The notes below the pieces were generated by a model, which worked only from the letters and a program-made list of their open reading frames with translations, was not told the DNA's origin and searched no databases. Shown piece after piece: positions 1 through 8,068 of a stretch of 62,141 bases of DNA (position 1 is its first letter; every line of letters starts with the position of its first letter). The position numbers were made by a program, and so were the translations under genes. The stretch comes from Candidatus Aenigmatarchaeota archaeon. GTDB lineage: Archaea > Aenigmatarchaeota > Aenigmatarchaeia > Aenigmatarchaeales > Aenigmatarchaeaceae. The DNA lies in assembly GCA_011773475.1 (NCBI GenBank), contig WVXN01000047.1, positions 1,979 to 64,119 of the forward strand, read 5' to 3'.

Positions 1-510
1 GTTCACTGGTTAAAAGGGGACATTAGCTGGGTTCAGTACGTCGTGATCTGGCGCAGGGTCCTATATTCTTTTCCCTGATTTAAGATAGCATGATTAGCTT
101 TAGCTAGAGCTAGCTATGAAATCATGTTACCTTGTCTAATTGGTGATGAATGGACCGCCCCAATGCGAAACATTCGCTGATGGAGTAGCTGATGAACCAA
201 CTTAGAATCCTACGCCAGACGACAAAGACAGTACGGTTTATATCTACTGAGGGTGTTGTTACCTGACTCGAAGGATGGGTGAGTACGAAAGGAACGCTCA
301 TTCGTGACCTCTTGTTGACCGGTTATCATTTGGTAATGCCGGGCAGCAACGTCATAGCTCTTAACAGCTGAAAGCATCTAAGCTGGAAACTGCCGGGAAA
401 AATAGGTAACTGGTGCGGATAGATTATCCGCTTAATGGGAGTGAGGTGTACGCACAAAGCTTCGGCGATGTGTTCAGCTTGCACTTCCCAATTCCTTTAA
501 GCTTAGACCC
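1..510 (+). rRNA. 23S (LSU) rRNA, 3'-terminal part, truncated by window start and interrupted by intron 46-225
   Basis: Universal LSU strings: gctgggttcagtacgtcgtg (26-45) continuing as agacagtacgg (226-236), sarcin-ricin loop agtacgaaaggaac (282-295), gctgaaagcatctaag (367-382). GC is well above background. The 3' end (~500-515) is estimated from E. coli-like spacing, not mapped. Confidence 0.9.
46..225 (+). other. Archaeal bulge-helix-bulge (BHB) intron in 23S rRNA, 180 nt, no ORF
   Basis: 4-bp helix gtcg(40-43)/cgac(220-223) flanked by 3-nt bulges tga(44-46) and aaa(224-226) on opposite strands, then 7-bp helix tctggcg(47-53)/cgccaga(213-219). Removing 46-225 restores the universal GTCGTGAGACAGT. 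Boundaries +-1 nt. Confidence 0.7.
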
Positions 511-619
511 CTTTAAATGTTTCTGCTGATAAATTTTCTTTTGATTTTCAGAATTACTGTGAAGTATAAAAAAGAAAGGTTTTTATATTTTACTACTAAT
601 GAGTTATATAGTGTAAATT

Positions 620-1114
620 ATGAGAAGAGAGCCCGAAGAGTTTAATAAATATATTGAAAAAATAGTAGATGTAGGTTCTATTGAAACTTTTACAACTTTG
701 TGTGGTTTTACAGAAAACCTACTAAAATTGAAAAGAGATAGCACATTGTATATGGATGGATTTTATGTTTCTTACAGTACGATTTACTTTCCATTTCGAA
801 CCCCACCTCTAATTCCAACTTCAATTCCTCCTTCAAATCCATCTCCAATAAAAAACGGTCCGAAAAAAAATATTCTTTTAATTCATGTTCCATACGTTGC
901 ATACTCTAGAGAAAAATTTCATAACTATTTAACACTTGACATTAACAGTTTGCAATTTAAACCCGTGGATAAAATTTCAAATATTAAGCCCAGTGTTCAT
1001 TTTTGGGCTAAAGTTCTAAGATGTGAACATCATAATCGTGATACTATTGATGATCGTATTTTAGAAGAAATAAAAAAAGTAGAAGAGATTGAAAAAAACT
1101 CCTATAAAATATAA
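620..1114 (+). CDS. Hypothetical protein (164 aa)
   Basis: Open frame with TATA-like ggtttttatatt (578-589) ~30 nt upstream of the ATG. No family recognised and no homing-endonuclease motif seen. Confidence 0.4.
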   Translation: MRREPEEFNKYIEKIVDVGSIETFTTLCGFTENLLKLKRDSTLYMDGFYVSYSTIYFPFRTPPLIPTSIPPSNPSPIKNGPKKNILLIHVPYVAYSREKFHNYLTLDINSLQFKPVDKISNIKPSVHFWAKVLRCEHHNRDTIDDRILEEIKKVEEIEKNSYKI

Positions 1115-1158
1115 GTTATTAAGAAAATCTTTTTATACTTTGGAAATTATTTCTTATT

Positions 1159-1426
1159 GTGGGCTGGGCAGACAGCTGTCCGTACTTCAGTGCGGAGGAA
1201 ACTCCATCCACCATTAGCCTTGATGGTTTGCAGTTCGTGAGAACAAAGCTGAAAAGTTTGGGATTTAATTGAGCTTAAGATGTTCAAAAGAATCTTAGCA
1301 AGGTGTAAGATCAAACAGCTCTGTTGATGAAAGAGGAGCGGGTAGATCGCATAGACGAATGCTGTCAAACAAAGATGAACGTGTTTACAAGATTTGTTAC
1401 AGAAGATGGGTTATGCCCAGCACACA
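1159..1426 (+). ncRNA. rnpB: RNase P RNA (compact, ~268 nt)
   Basis: P1 pairing gtgggctgggca (1159-1170) with tgcccagcacac (1414-1425). CR-I-like ggaggaaactcc (1194-1205) and CR-V-like acagaagatgggttat (1399-1414). GC-rich island. TATA ctttttatact (1129-1139) ~26 nt upstream, T-tract after the 3' end. Confidence 0.72.
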
Positions 1427-1585
1427 CTCTTGTTTTAACTACTAATCAGTGTTAACAACACATAGGTTTAAATAGTCCCATTCCCTATTTAATTAAAGTA
1501 AAGTACAAAGCCTTGTTAAATAGCATTAGTTGAATACACTAATTCTATTGCTTTTGTGACTTGAAAAAAATTAAGAGATGATATT

Positions 1586-2791
1586 ATGAAATTCGAAAAT
1601 ATGAATATTGAAAAAAGTGTATTAGGTTCATTAAATGATATTGGATTCGAAGAACCTACAAGAATTCAGTATGAATCTATACCTATAATTAAAAAAGGTT
1701 ATGATGTTATTGGTCAATCTGAAACAGGTTCAGGCAAAACAGCAGCTTTTGGAGTACCATTAGTAGAGAAAGTTGTTAAAGGTGGAAAAATCCAAGCACT
1801 TGTTTTAGCACCTACAAGAGAATTGGCTAGACAAATAGCAAGTGATCTTAAGAAGTTCTCACGTTTCAAGAAACTTCACATACAAACAGTTTATGGAGGA
1901 GTTTCTATAAGACCTCAGATTTCTGGTCTAAGAAAAGCTGAGATAGTTGTTGGAACACCAGGTAGAATTCTAGATCATATGAGACGAGGAACAATGAACA
2001 CTAGTAATGTGAAAATATTTGTTTTGGATGAAGCAGATGAAATGATTGATATGGGATTCATTGAAGACATAGAAACAATTGAAAAAAACATTCCAAAAAA
2101 TAGACAAACATTGATGTTTAGCGCAACCATGTCAGACAGTTTGATAAGAATTAGAGACAGTTTTACAAAAAATGCAAAAAAGATTAAAACAAAAATCAAA
2201 GTTAGTGATGATATTTTAAAACAATATTATCGTGATGTTAATCAAAAAACAAAATTCTCATTGTTAGTTCATTTAATTAAACAGGAGAAACCAGGACTTT
2301 CAATTATTTTTTGCAATACTAGAAGAACGGTAGATGCAGTTTCTAGGAATCTTAAGGACAATAATGTAAATGCTACAGCTTTACATGGCGGGTTGTCACA
2401 AGCAAGAAGAGAAAAAGTAATGGAAGACTTTCATAAGGGAATAACAAGAGTTTTAGTTGCAACAGATGTGGCTGCAAGAGGGTTGGACATAAAAAATGTA
2501 ACTCATATTTTCAACTACGATATACCAAAGGATCCAGAAAACTATGCAAACAGAATAGGAAGAACAGCTAGAGCAGGAAAATCAGGAAAAGCAATATCGC
2601 TTTTGAGTAGAGATGATCATGGTTCATTTACGAGAATAATAAAAACATTTTCTTATGACATTGAAAAAATGAAAATTACAAATTTCAAAGTTTTACCATT
2701 TAAAAAATATCAACCTAATAGAAACAGAAATTTTAGAAGCAGGAGACCATTTAGAAAAAGATTTAGAGGAAAATCTAGAAGAAGATGGTAA
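1586..2791 (+). CDS. DEAD-box ATP-dependent RNA helicase with Arg/Lys-rich C-terminal tail
   Basis: Motifs GSGKT (I), PTRELA (Ia), TPGR (Ib), DEAD (II), SAT (III), ARGLD (V), RIGRTAR (VI), in canonical order. Confidence 0.92.
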   Translation: MKFENMNIEKSVLGSLNDIGFEEPTRIQYESIPIIKKGYDVIGQSETGSGKTAAFGVPLVEKVVKGGKIQALVLAPTRELARQIASDLKKFSRFKKLHIQTVYGGVSIRPQISGLRKAEIVVGTPGRILDHMRRGTMNTSNVKIFVLDEADEMIDMGFIEDIETIEKNIPKNRQTLMFSATMSDSLIRIRDSFTKNAKKIKTKIKVSDDILKQYYRDVNQKTKFSLLVHLIKQEKPGLSIIFCNTRRTVDAVSRNLKDNNVNATALHGGLSQARREKVMEDFHKGITRVLVATDVAARGLDIKNVTHIFNYDIPKDPENYANRIGRTARAGKSGKAISLLSRDDHGSFTRIIKTFSYDIEKMKITNFKVLPFKKYQPNRNRNFRSRRPFRKRFRGKSRRRW

Positions 2792-2906
2792 AAATTTCTG
2801 ATACAAATCTCGTAACATGTCATCTTAACAAATCCAAGCGTGACCAGCACACTATTGTTTTCATTACTGATTAATATTTATATAATAGAAGTTAACATGA
2901 ATTATT

Positions 2907-3215
2907 ATGTGCAAGCAGTATAAAATACCAATTTATTCTTTGTTGACTGGAATAATAATTACTTTGATCACAGCACTTTTTCCAAACGTCTTTTTAGTAG
3001 GGGTCAGTCATTGGGGTTATCTTTTACCATGGTTAAGAAGAGTAGTTTATCCAGGAGCAGCTTTTGAAGTTCTATGGGTTTATTTTTTATCTGATATAGT
3101 TATTTGGTCAGTTTTAATATACCTGGCTTTAATCAGTGTTAAAGAAGAAAAGAAAAAACCAGTTATAAAGAAACCAAAGAAGAAGACAATTAAAAAGAAA
3201 CGAAGAAAAAGATAG
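2907..3215 (+). CDS. Small membrane protein with poly-Lys tail
   Basis: Two to three hydrophobic helices then KKPVIKKPKKKTIKKKRRKR. TATA atatttatata ~27 nt upstream of the ATG. Confidence 0.5.
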   Translation: MCKQYKIPIYSLLTGIIITLITALFPNVFLVGVSHWGYLLPWLRRVVYPGAAFEVLWVYFLSDIVIWSVLIYLALISVKEEKKKPVIKKPKKKTIKKKRRKR

Positions 3216-3257
3216 TATTTAAATAATTTTTAGATAAAGTAATGAGTATTGATTATT

Positions 3258-3416
3258 ATGGCTGATAAGAAAAAATTAAGAGCTCCAACAGGAATGGCAG
3301 GATTAGTAAGATATGAAGAAGATGCAGAAAGCAAAATAAAGTTAGAACCCAAAATAGTTGTTTTTATTGCAGTAGCAATAATAATTCTAGAAATATTATT
3401 GTTTTCTTTTCTTTAG
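3258..3416 (+). CDS. Preprotein translocase subunit Sec61-beta (52 aa; absent from the ORF track)
   Basis: Translation MADKKKLRAPTGMAGLVRYEEDAESKIKLEPKIVVFIAVAIIILEILLFSFL matches the archaeal Sec61beta pattern (basic N-terminus, GLxRYxxE, single C-terminal TM). TATA gtatttaaataat ~28 nt upstream. Confidence 0.75.
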   Translation: MADKKKLRAPTGMAGLVRYEEDAESKIKLEPKIVVFIAVAIIILEILLFSFL

Positions 3417-3449
3417 ATATAATTTATAAGCTCGTTTTTACAATTATTA

Positions 3450-4226
3450 TTGATGGTAATAGAACACATAGAAAAATCTTGGAAGGCCTATAGAAAAAAT
3501 TTCTGGCCAATTATTACAGCTATGGTCCTACAATTTATACTCGTTGGTATACCATTTTTAATTGGTATCATACCATGGGTTTTTATTTTCTTATCTTATA
3601 GAACTGTTGATATGATAACACTTCTTATGTCTAATTTAGGTGCTCTTTCCTTTTCTTTAATAATGTTTGCAATAGGGTTTTTGATATCAATTGCTTTGAC
3701 TGGCGGTTTTGTAAAAATGCTTTATGAAGCTTTAAGAGGAAAAACAAAATATGAAACAATGTTAAAAACAGCTAAAGAAAAATTCTGGACAATAATTGGA
3801 GCTAATTCACTTTTTATTTTAATTTTATTAGTTCTCTTTATTGCTGTATTTTCCCCTTTGTTTATTTTAACGGGCTTTTCAACAACATTTTCAGGAGCAG
3901 GTTCTTTAACCCTCCTAATTACTATTTTTTCAATAGCAACTTTGGGTTCAATACTTATAATTTTAGTTAGTATTTTCTTTGTTTTCATTAATCAAGCAAT
4001 AGTAATTGATAATCTAAATGCAATTGATTCTGTTAATAAGAGTTTTGAGGTTTCAAAGAAAAGTTATTTGACAATTCTGGGTTTAATGATAATCTTTATT
4101 CTATTAAATTCAGCATTGGTTAATCTTTTTTCATTTTTCGGAACAGTTTTAGAAGCTTTTGTAGTAACACCTCTACTTCTTCTTTCTTATACATCTGTAT
4201 ATCTGGAAAAAAGACGTAAAAAGTAA
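3450..4226 (+). CDS. Multi-pass membrane protein, unknown function
   Basis: 258 aa with about 6 hydrophobic helices and a basic C-terminus. ATG at 3453 directly follows the TTG at 3450. Confidence 0.6.
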   Translation: MMVIEHIEKSWKAYRKNFWPIITAMVLQFILVGIPFLIGIIPWVFIFLSYRTVDMITLLMSNLGALSFSLIMFAIGFLISIALTGGFVKMLYEALRGKTKYETMLKTAKEKFWTIIGANSLFILILLVLFIAVFSPLFILTGFSTTFSGAGSLTLLITIFSIATLGSILIILVSIFFVFINQAIVIDNLNAIDSVNKSFEVSKKSYLTILGLMIIFILLNSALVNLFSFFGTVLEAFVVTPLLLLSYTSVYLEKRRKK

Positions 4227-4269
4227 GTTTTATAAGAAGACTATTCTATTAATTAGAATAGGTGATTAG

Positions 4270-4890
4270 TTGAATTTTAATTTATGGATAGATAGTTTAA
4301 CGAAACCCATACCAACATTTAAAAAAGAAAAGAAAAATGCAACTCTAGGCGAGGGTGCTTTACACATAGCTGTGGCAGGTCTTATATCAGGTTTTATATC
4401 AGGTATATATCAGATGTTCTTCGGTGCAGCATTTGCAAGTTATTTATCTCCTTTTGCTTCAGCTTTTGCAGGTCCAATGATATTTTTAGCATCTTTAATA
4501 TTAACACCAATAATGGCTGTTATAGGATGGCTCATATTGTCAGGTATATTATATATATTTGCAATGCTTTTCGGTGGAAAAGGAAGTTACACAACCCAAT
4601 CTTACTTATATGCTATTTATTATGCGCCATTGAGTATTATATCATCAATATTAGTGTTAATTCCAATCGCAGGATGGATACTTTCATTTGTACTCATGAT
4701 TTATGGATTATATCTTTTAACAATGGCACTAAAGGAAGTTCATAATTATACAACAGGTAGGGCACTTCTTACATGGTTAGTACCAGTTGGTATTGTAGTG
4801 TTAATCTTATTTGTACTAGTGGGCATAGCATTCATGTTTCTGATGGGAGCTTTTATTGGTAGTGGATCAATGTCAGGCATGTTCTTTTAA
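4270..4890 (+). CDS. Multi-pass membrane protein, Yip1-domain-like (tentative)
   Basis: Short soluble N-terminus then 5 Gly/Ala-rich TM helices. TTG start 5 nt after aggtga (4260-4265). Confidence 0.5.
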   Translation: MNFNLWIDSLTKPIPTFKKEKKNATLGEGALHIAVAGLISGFISGIYQMFFGAAFASYLSPFASAFAGPMIFLASLILTPIMAVIGWLILSGILYIFAMLFGGKGSYTTQSYLYAIYYAPLSIISSILVLIPIAGWILSFVLMIYGLYLLTMALKEVHNYTTGRALLTWLVPVGIVVLILFVLVGIAFMFLMGAFIGSGSMSGMFF

Positions 4891-4963
4891 TTTCTTTTAA
4901 TTATTTTTTACAACTCTTGGTAGTCAGAATCCTATATGCTCTACTCTTTATCATATCTAATTT

Positions 4964-5437
4964 ATGGACGAGAAAATAATTTTCGTTTCACATTGTATAT
5001 TAAATCAAAGTATAAGAAATGAAAAATTCTCTAAAATAAAAGAAGTAGTAAAATTACTTAGTGAGACAGATGTAGGAATAGTTCAATTACCATGTCCGAA
5101 AATAGATTGTAATGGAAAATTTATAAAAAACACAACTAACGTCAAAATTTATAAAAAATATTGTGAAAAAACTTCTGTTATTATTGTAAATACAATTAAA
5201 AAATATCTAGATGCAGATTTTAAAGTTCTCGGGATTCTTGGAGTAGAGTTTTCTCCAATCTGTGGTGTTTATAGAATTAATAATGGTAGAAAGAACATTC
5301 CAGGAAAAGGGGCTTTGATAAAAGAAATTGAAAATGAGATGCAAAAAAGAAATTTTCAGGTTCCAATAATCTCAACCAATCTAAACAATGTTTTTTCAAT
5401 CTTAGAAAAAATCAATATTCTTTTAAAAAATTCGTAG
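4964..5437 (+). CDS. DUF523/TudS-like Cys-rich protein (putative 4Fe-4S), paralogue A
   Basis: VSHCILNQ, QLPCP and SPICG cysteine motifs line up (from memory) with the three Cys ligands of DUF523 proteins. Paralogue at 17462-17968. Confidence 0.55.
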   Translation: MDEKIIFVSHCILNQSIRNEKFSKIKEVVKLLSETDVGIVQLPCPKIDCNGKFIKNTTNVKIYKKYCEKTSVIIVNTIKKYLDADFKVLGILGVEFSPICGVYRINNGRKNIPGKGALIKEIENEMQKRNFQVPIISTNLNNVFSILEKINILLKNS

Positions 5438-5448
5438 GAGGTGTTAAA

Positions 5449-5694
5449 ATGAGTATAAGAGTTAGATCAGGAAGGGGTAAAACAACAGTTGAAACAGATT
5501 ATGGTGGGTCTGAGGTTGATCATTCCATGGTTCACAGAGATAGGGGATTAATAGGTGCTATGAATTCATTTGGAATAAAAGAAGTAAAAAGTTCAAAAAA
5601 TTATTGTGGTGTGAGCTCTTCTCTAAAAGAAGACTTTGACAGACAAATCAAGAAAAAATATGGAAGGACCCAAGGATATTTTAGTCCTCTTTAA
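5449..5694 (+). CDS. Small protein P1 (81 aa), unknown
   Basis: ATG 5 nt after strong SD aggaggtg (5436-5443), 11 nt after the upstream stop. First of a packed five-ORF array. Confidence 0.5.
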   Translation: MSIRVRSGRGKTTVETDYGGSEVDHSMVHRDRGLIGAMNSFGIKEVKSSKNYCGVSSSLKEDFDRQIKKKYGRTQGYFSPL

Positions 5695-5702
5695 GTGATT
5701 TT

Positions 5703-5855
5703 ATGCTAAATAAAAAATCTCCATATTATGTGAAAAGCGAGTTATCTAGGAATTTGTATGGAAATAAAGATTCTACAACATTTGAAAGAAGTCTAAACGT
5801 TGTAGGAAAAGACAAAGATCATGTAAAAAATGCAGCATCAATGTGTGCAAAGTGA
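5703..5855 (+). CDS. Small protein P2 (50 aa; not in ORF track), weak relative of P3/P4
   Basis: MLNKKSPYYVKSELSRNLYGNKDSTTFERSLNVVGKDKDHVKNAASMCAK. Starts 8 nt after the P1 stop and shares the YY-x-K start motif with P3/P4. Confidence 0.4.
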   Translation: MLNKKSPYYVKSELSRNLYGNKDSTTFERSLNVVGKDKDHVKNAASMCAK

Positions 5856-5864
5856 GGTGATTTA

Positions 5865-6062
5865 GTGTCATATTATGGAAAACTTCATAATAAAAGCACA
5901 ATAACAACTAGAAAAGATTATACGAAATTAGAAGGTAGAGGTTCTAGCCGCTCAAATGATAGAGATATTGCAAGGACAATTTCAGAAGGTTTGGCTGATT
6001 CTGTGAATAGAGCAAATCAAATAGCATATGAAGCTCATAAAAGGTCCATGGGTTGGAAATAA
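5865..6062 (+). CDS. Small protein P3 (65 aa), YYGK...GRGS-x2-SND-x2-IAR family
   Basis: GTG start 4 nt after SD gaggtga (5854-5860). About 35% identical to P4 over its full length. Confidence 0.5.
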   Translation: MSYYGKLHNKSTITTRKDYTKLEGRGSSRSNDRDIARTISEGLADSVNRANQIAYEAHKRSMGWK

Positions 6063-6250
6063 TGACTGAATATTATGGTAAGATGAGCGTTACTTCAGTA
6101 TGCACTAATAACAAATACTTCTCAGCTATTCATGGTAGAGGTTCTGCTAAATCAAATGATTTAGGAATAGCAAGAGATCTATCCCATAGACTACCTGATG
6201 TGCTTGATAAGGCTAATTACTATACTTATGATTTACAAAGCAGGAGATAA
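6062..6250 (+). CDS. Small protein P4 (62 aa), paralogue of P3
   Basis: ATG overlaps the P3 stop (taATG at 6060-6064). The track start 6053 is an in-frame TTG. Shares YYGK, GRGS, SND, IAR and AN positions with P3. Confidence 0.5.
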   Translation: MTEYYGKMSVTSVCTNNKYFSAIHGRGSAKSNDLGIARDLSHRLPDVLDKANYYTYDLQSRR

Positions 6251-6251
6251 C

Positions 6252-6512
6252 ATGTACCAATCGAAAATCAGTTCAACAATTGTTATAGACAAAGAAAAAG
6301 GAAGTGTAAAATTAAATCAGTTTGATGTTAAAATTGATGGATATAAGAACAGAGGAAAATTAAGGAAAGCTAGAGATGCTTATAATTCAGATAAGAATCT
6401 AGAAAAAGAATATAAGAACAATGATTGGCCAGCAGGAATTTGGAACTATCTATTTGAAGACTATTTCAAAATATTAGAAAAATGGAAAAAAAGAATTAAC
6501 AAAAAGAAATAG
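6252..6512 (+). CDS. Small basic protein P5 (86 aa), unknown
   Basis: ATG at 6252, 6 nt after aggaga (6242-6247) and 1 nt after the P4 stop. The track start 6198 lies inside P4. Confidence 0.5.
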   Translation: MYQSKISSTIVIDKEKGSVKLNQFDVKIDGYKNRGKLRKARDAYNSDKNLEKEYKNNDWPAGIWNYLFEDYFKILEKWKKRINKKK

Positions 6513-6553
6513 AAAAAACAATAAAAAAACAAGTTTAAAATAGTAAAACACTA

Positions 6554-7021
6554 TTAGCTGTATGTTCCAGTTATGGTACCTGATGTGCTAAAGTCAGCTG
6601 TTGCTGCGTCTGAGGGATACCTGTAGCTTATGACAGTTGTTGCACTGTAACTTTCCCCTGTGTCTGCACCTGTTATAGGCGTTGGAGCTGATGTGCAAGT
6701 GAATGTATCATCTTCACCTGAAGCTATTTCCAATTCTACAGTTGGTGTGCACGTGTAGTCAGTTGCGTCTATAGTCAAAACAGCCTGCGTTATATTGATT
6801 GCTCCGCCAACTCTGTTAGCTAGGTTTAGAGTTACAACCCCAGCTGTTGAAACAGCCCACGGGTTAAGAACCTGTACTTGTCCAAACCCTCTTGCTGTTG
6901 GGCCCAAGAATCCAGCTGGCGCAAATATTCCATAGTATGCTAGAACTCCAGCTACTATCAAAATTATCAAAATTGCCCATCCATAAGTCATTAGATACTC
7001 AACTGCTGTCTGTCCTTTCAT
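6554..7021 (-). CDS. Archaeal type IV pilin (class III signal peptide), probable major pilin
   Basis: N-terminus MKGQTAVEYLMTYGWAILIILIVAGVLAYY (KG|Q cleavage-type motif plus hydrophobic helix). Thr/Ala/Gly-rich body and GC far above neighbours. Strong SD aggaggt 7 nt upstream. Confidence 0.8.
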   Translation of the reverse strand: MKGQTAVEYLMTYGWAILIILIVAGVLAYYGIFAPAGFLGPTARGFGQVQVLNPWAVSTAGVVTLNLANRVGGAINITQAVLTIDATDYTCTPTVELEIASGEDDTFTCTSAPTPITGADTGESYSATTVISYRYPSDAATADFSTSGTITGTYS

Positions 7022-7075
7022 TTTTAATACCTCCTATTTAATATTTTATTTTGTCAACTTGGTACTTAAAGATTT

Positions 7076-8068
7076 CTATAGAGCAAAAAACCCTCCGAAA
7101 AACATTTTTACAATCATTTGAGATACCATTAACACTGCTATAGAAGCTATGAGCAAGACAGGAATAAGTTTTAATCCATTTTTCTCCTTGCCTGTTTGTA
7201 TCAGAGCTATTGAAAGAGAGCCAAAGAAAGCTGTTACTGATATTGCTGATATTGCAAACCAGAACAGATCATCTACACCAATTTGAGGTCCGCCAGCTTT
7301 TTGGAACATGCCTCCCATTCCCATTGATGTTCCTGTCACTTCTGCACCAAAACTCGCCGAACCCCAAAGTTCTGTCATAGTCTCAACAAAGAAAAGACTT
7401 ATTGAAAATAAAAAAGGAGCTGCAATTACAGCAGCAAAAACTATGAATATAGAATAAGTCATTACTGATGATTTTATCTCTTTTTTAAGAGTTTGAGTAA
7501 CTCTTATATTGTTTGCAGTCTCCTCTAATAAGTGAGCTATTTCTCCACCAGATGCTATTCCTTCTAATAATAATTTTACTGTCCTGTTTAGTATTTTCGA
7601 TTTAATGTTTTTTGTCATTTCAGTAAGCGCTACTTTTAATGGCTTTCCTCCCATTGTTCTTGCTCCAACTTTTTTAATTTCTTCTTCAAGAACTCCAAAT
7701 TCGGGTCTCGCAGCAAGCCATATTGCTCTATCAATAGTCATCCCAGCTCTAACATTTGCTGACATTAATTGCAAAGCATCTGGTAAAACTGTTTCAATTT
7801 GATTAGCCCTGGAATCTGCAATAAACATGAAAATTAAATAAGTAAAAATTATAACACCAAAACCCAAACCCAAACCAAATAAAAATCCCATGAGTTCAAA
7901 ACCAAGTAAGAAGAAAATAAAAGAAAAATTAAGAGCTAACAATATTGATAAGAAAAAGGAGATTCCTACAATTCTATTTGTAGAAGCTTCTTTTACTCCA
8001 GCATATCTTATCTGCTTTTTAAAAAAATCCCTATATCTTTTTGGGGTCAAATAGTAAATATCTTTCAA
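7076..8068 (-). CDS. Pilus platform membrane protein, T2SS-F domain (TadC/FlaJ-like half)
   Basis: Two N-terminal TM helices, a soluble helical domain, then C-terminal TM helices. Follows the TadB-like gene and ATPase directly. Confidence 0.72.
   Translation of the reverse strand: MKDIYYLTPKRYRDFFKKQIRYAGVKEASTNRIVGISFFLSILLALNFSFIFFLLGFELMGFLFGLGLGFGVIIFTYLIFMFIADSRANQIETVLPDALQLMSANVRAGMTIDRAIWLAARPEFGVLEEEIKKVGARTMGGKPLKVALTEMTKNIKSKILNRTVKLLLEGIASGGEIAHLLEETANNIRVTQTLKKEIKSSVMTYSIFIVFAAVIAAPFLFSISLFFVETMTELWGSASFGAEVTGTSMGMGGMFQKAGGPQIGVDDLFWFAISAISVTAFFGSLSIALIQTGKEKNGLKLIPVLLIASIAVLMVSQMIVKMFFGGFFAL

Noticed and set aside
620-1114. ORF downstream of the intron-containing 23S rRNA as a relocated homing endonuclease
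   Set aside because: No LAGLIDADG, GIY-YIG, HNH or His-Cys box motifs are visible. It has its own promoter outside the rRNA.
1147-1368. 73-aa minus-strand ORF
   Set aside because: It lies within the RNase P RNA gene. The open frame is a by-product of the GC-rich structured RNA.
2843-2875. ~30-nt similarity between the sequence after the DEAD-box gene (gaccagcacactattgttttcattactgatt) and the RNA 3' end/terminator of RNase P RNA (1417-1448). Considered as direct repeats flanking an inserted helicase gene.
   Set aside because: The match needs gaps, is short, and consists largely of a T-tract terminator context. There is no second RNase P-like structure and no other insertion signature.
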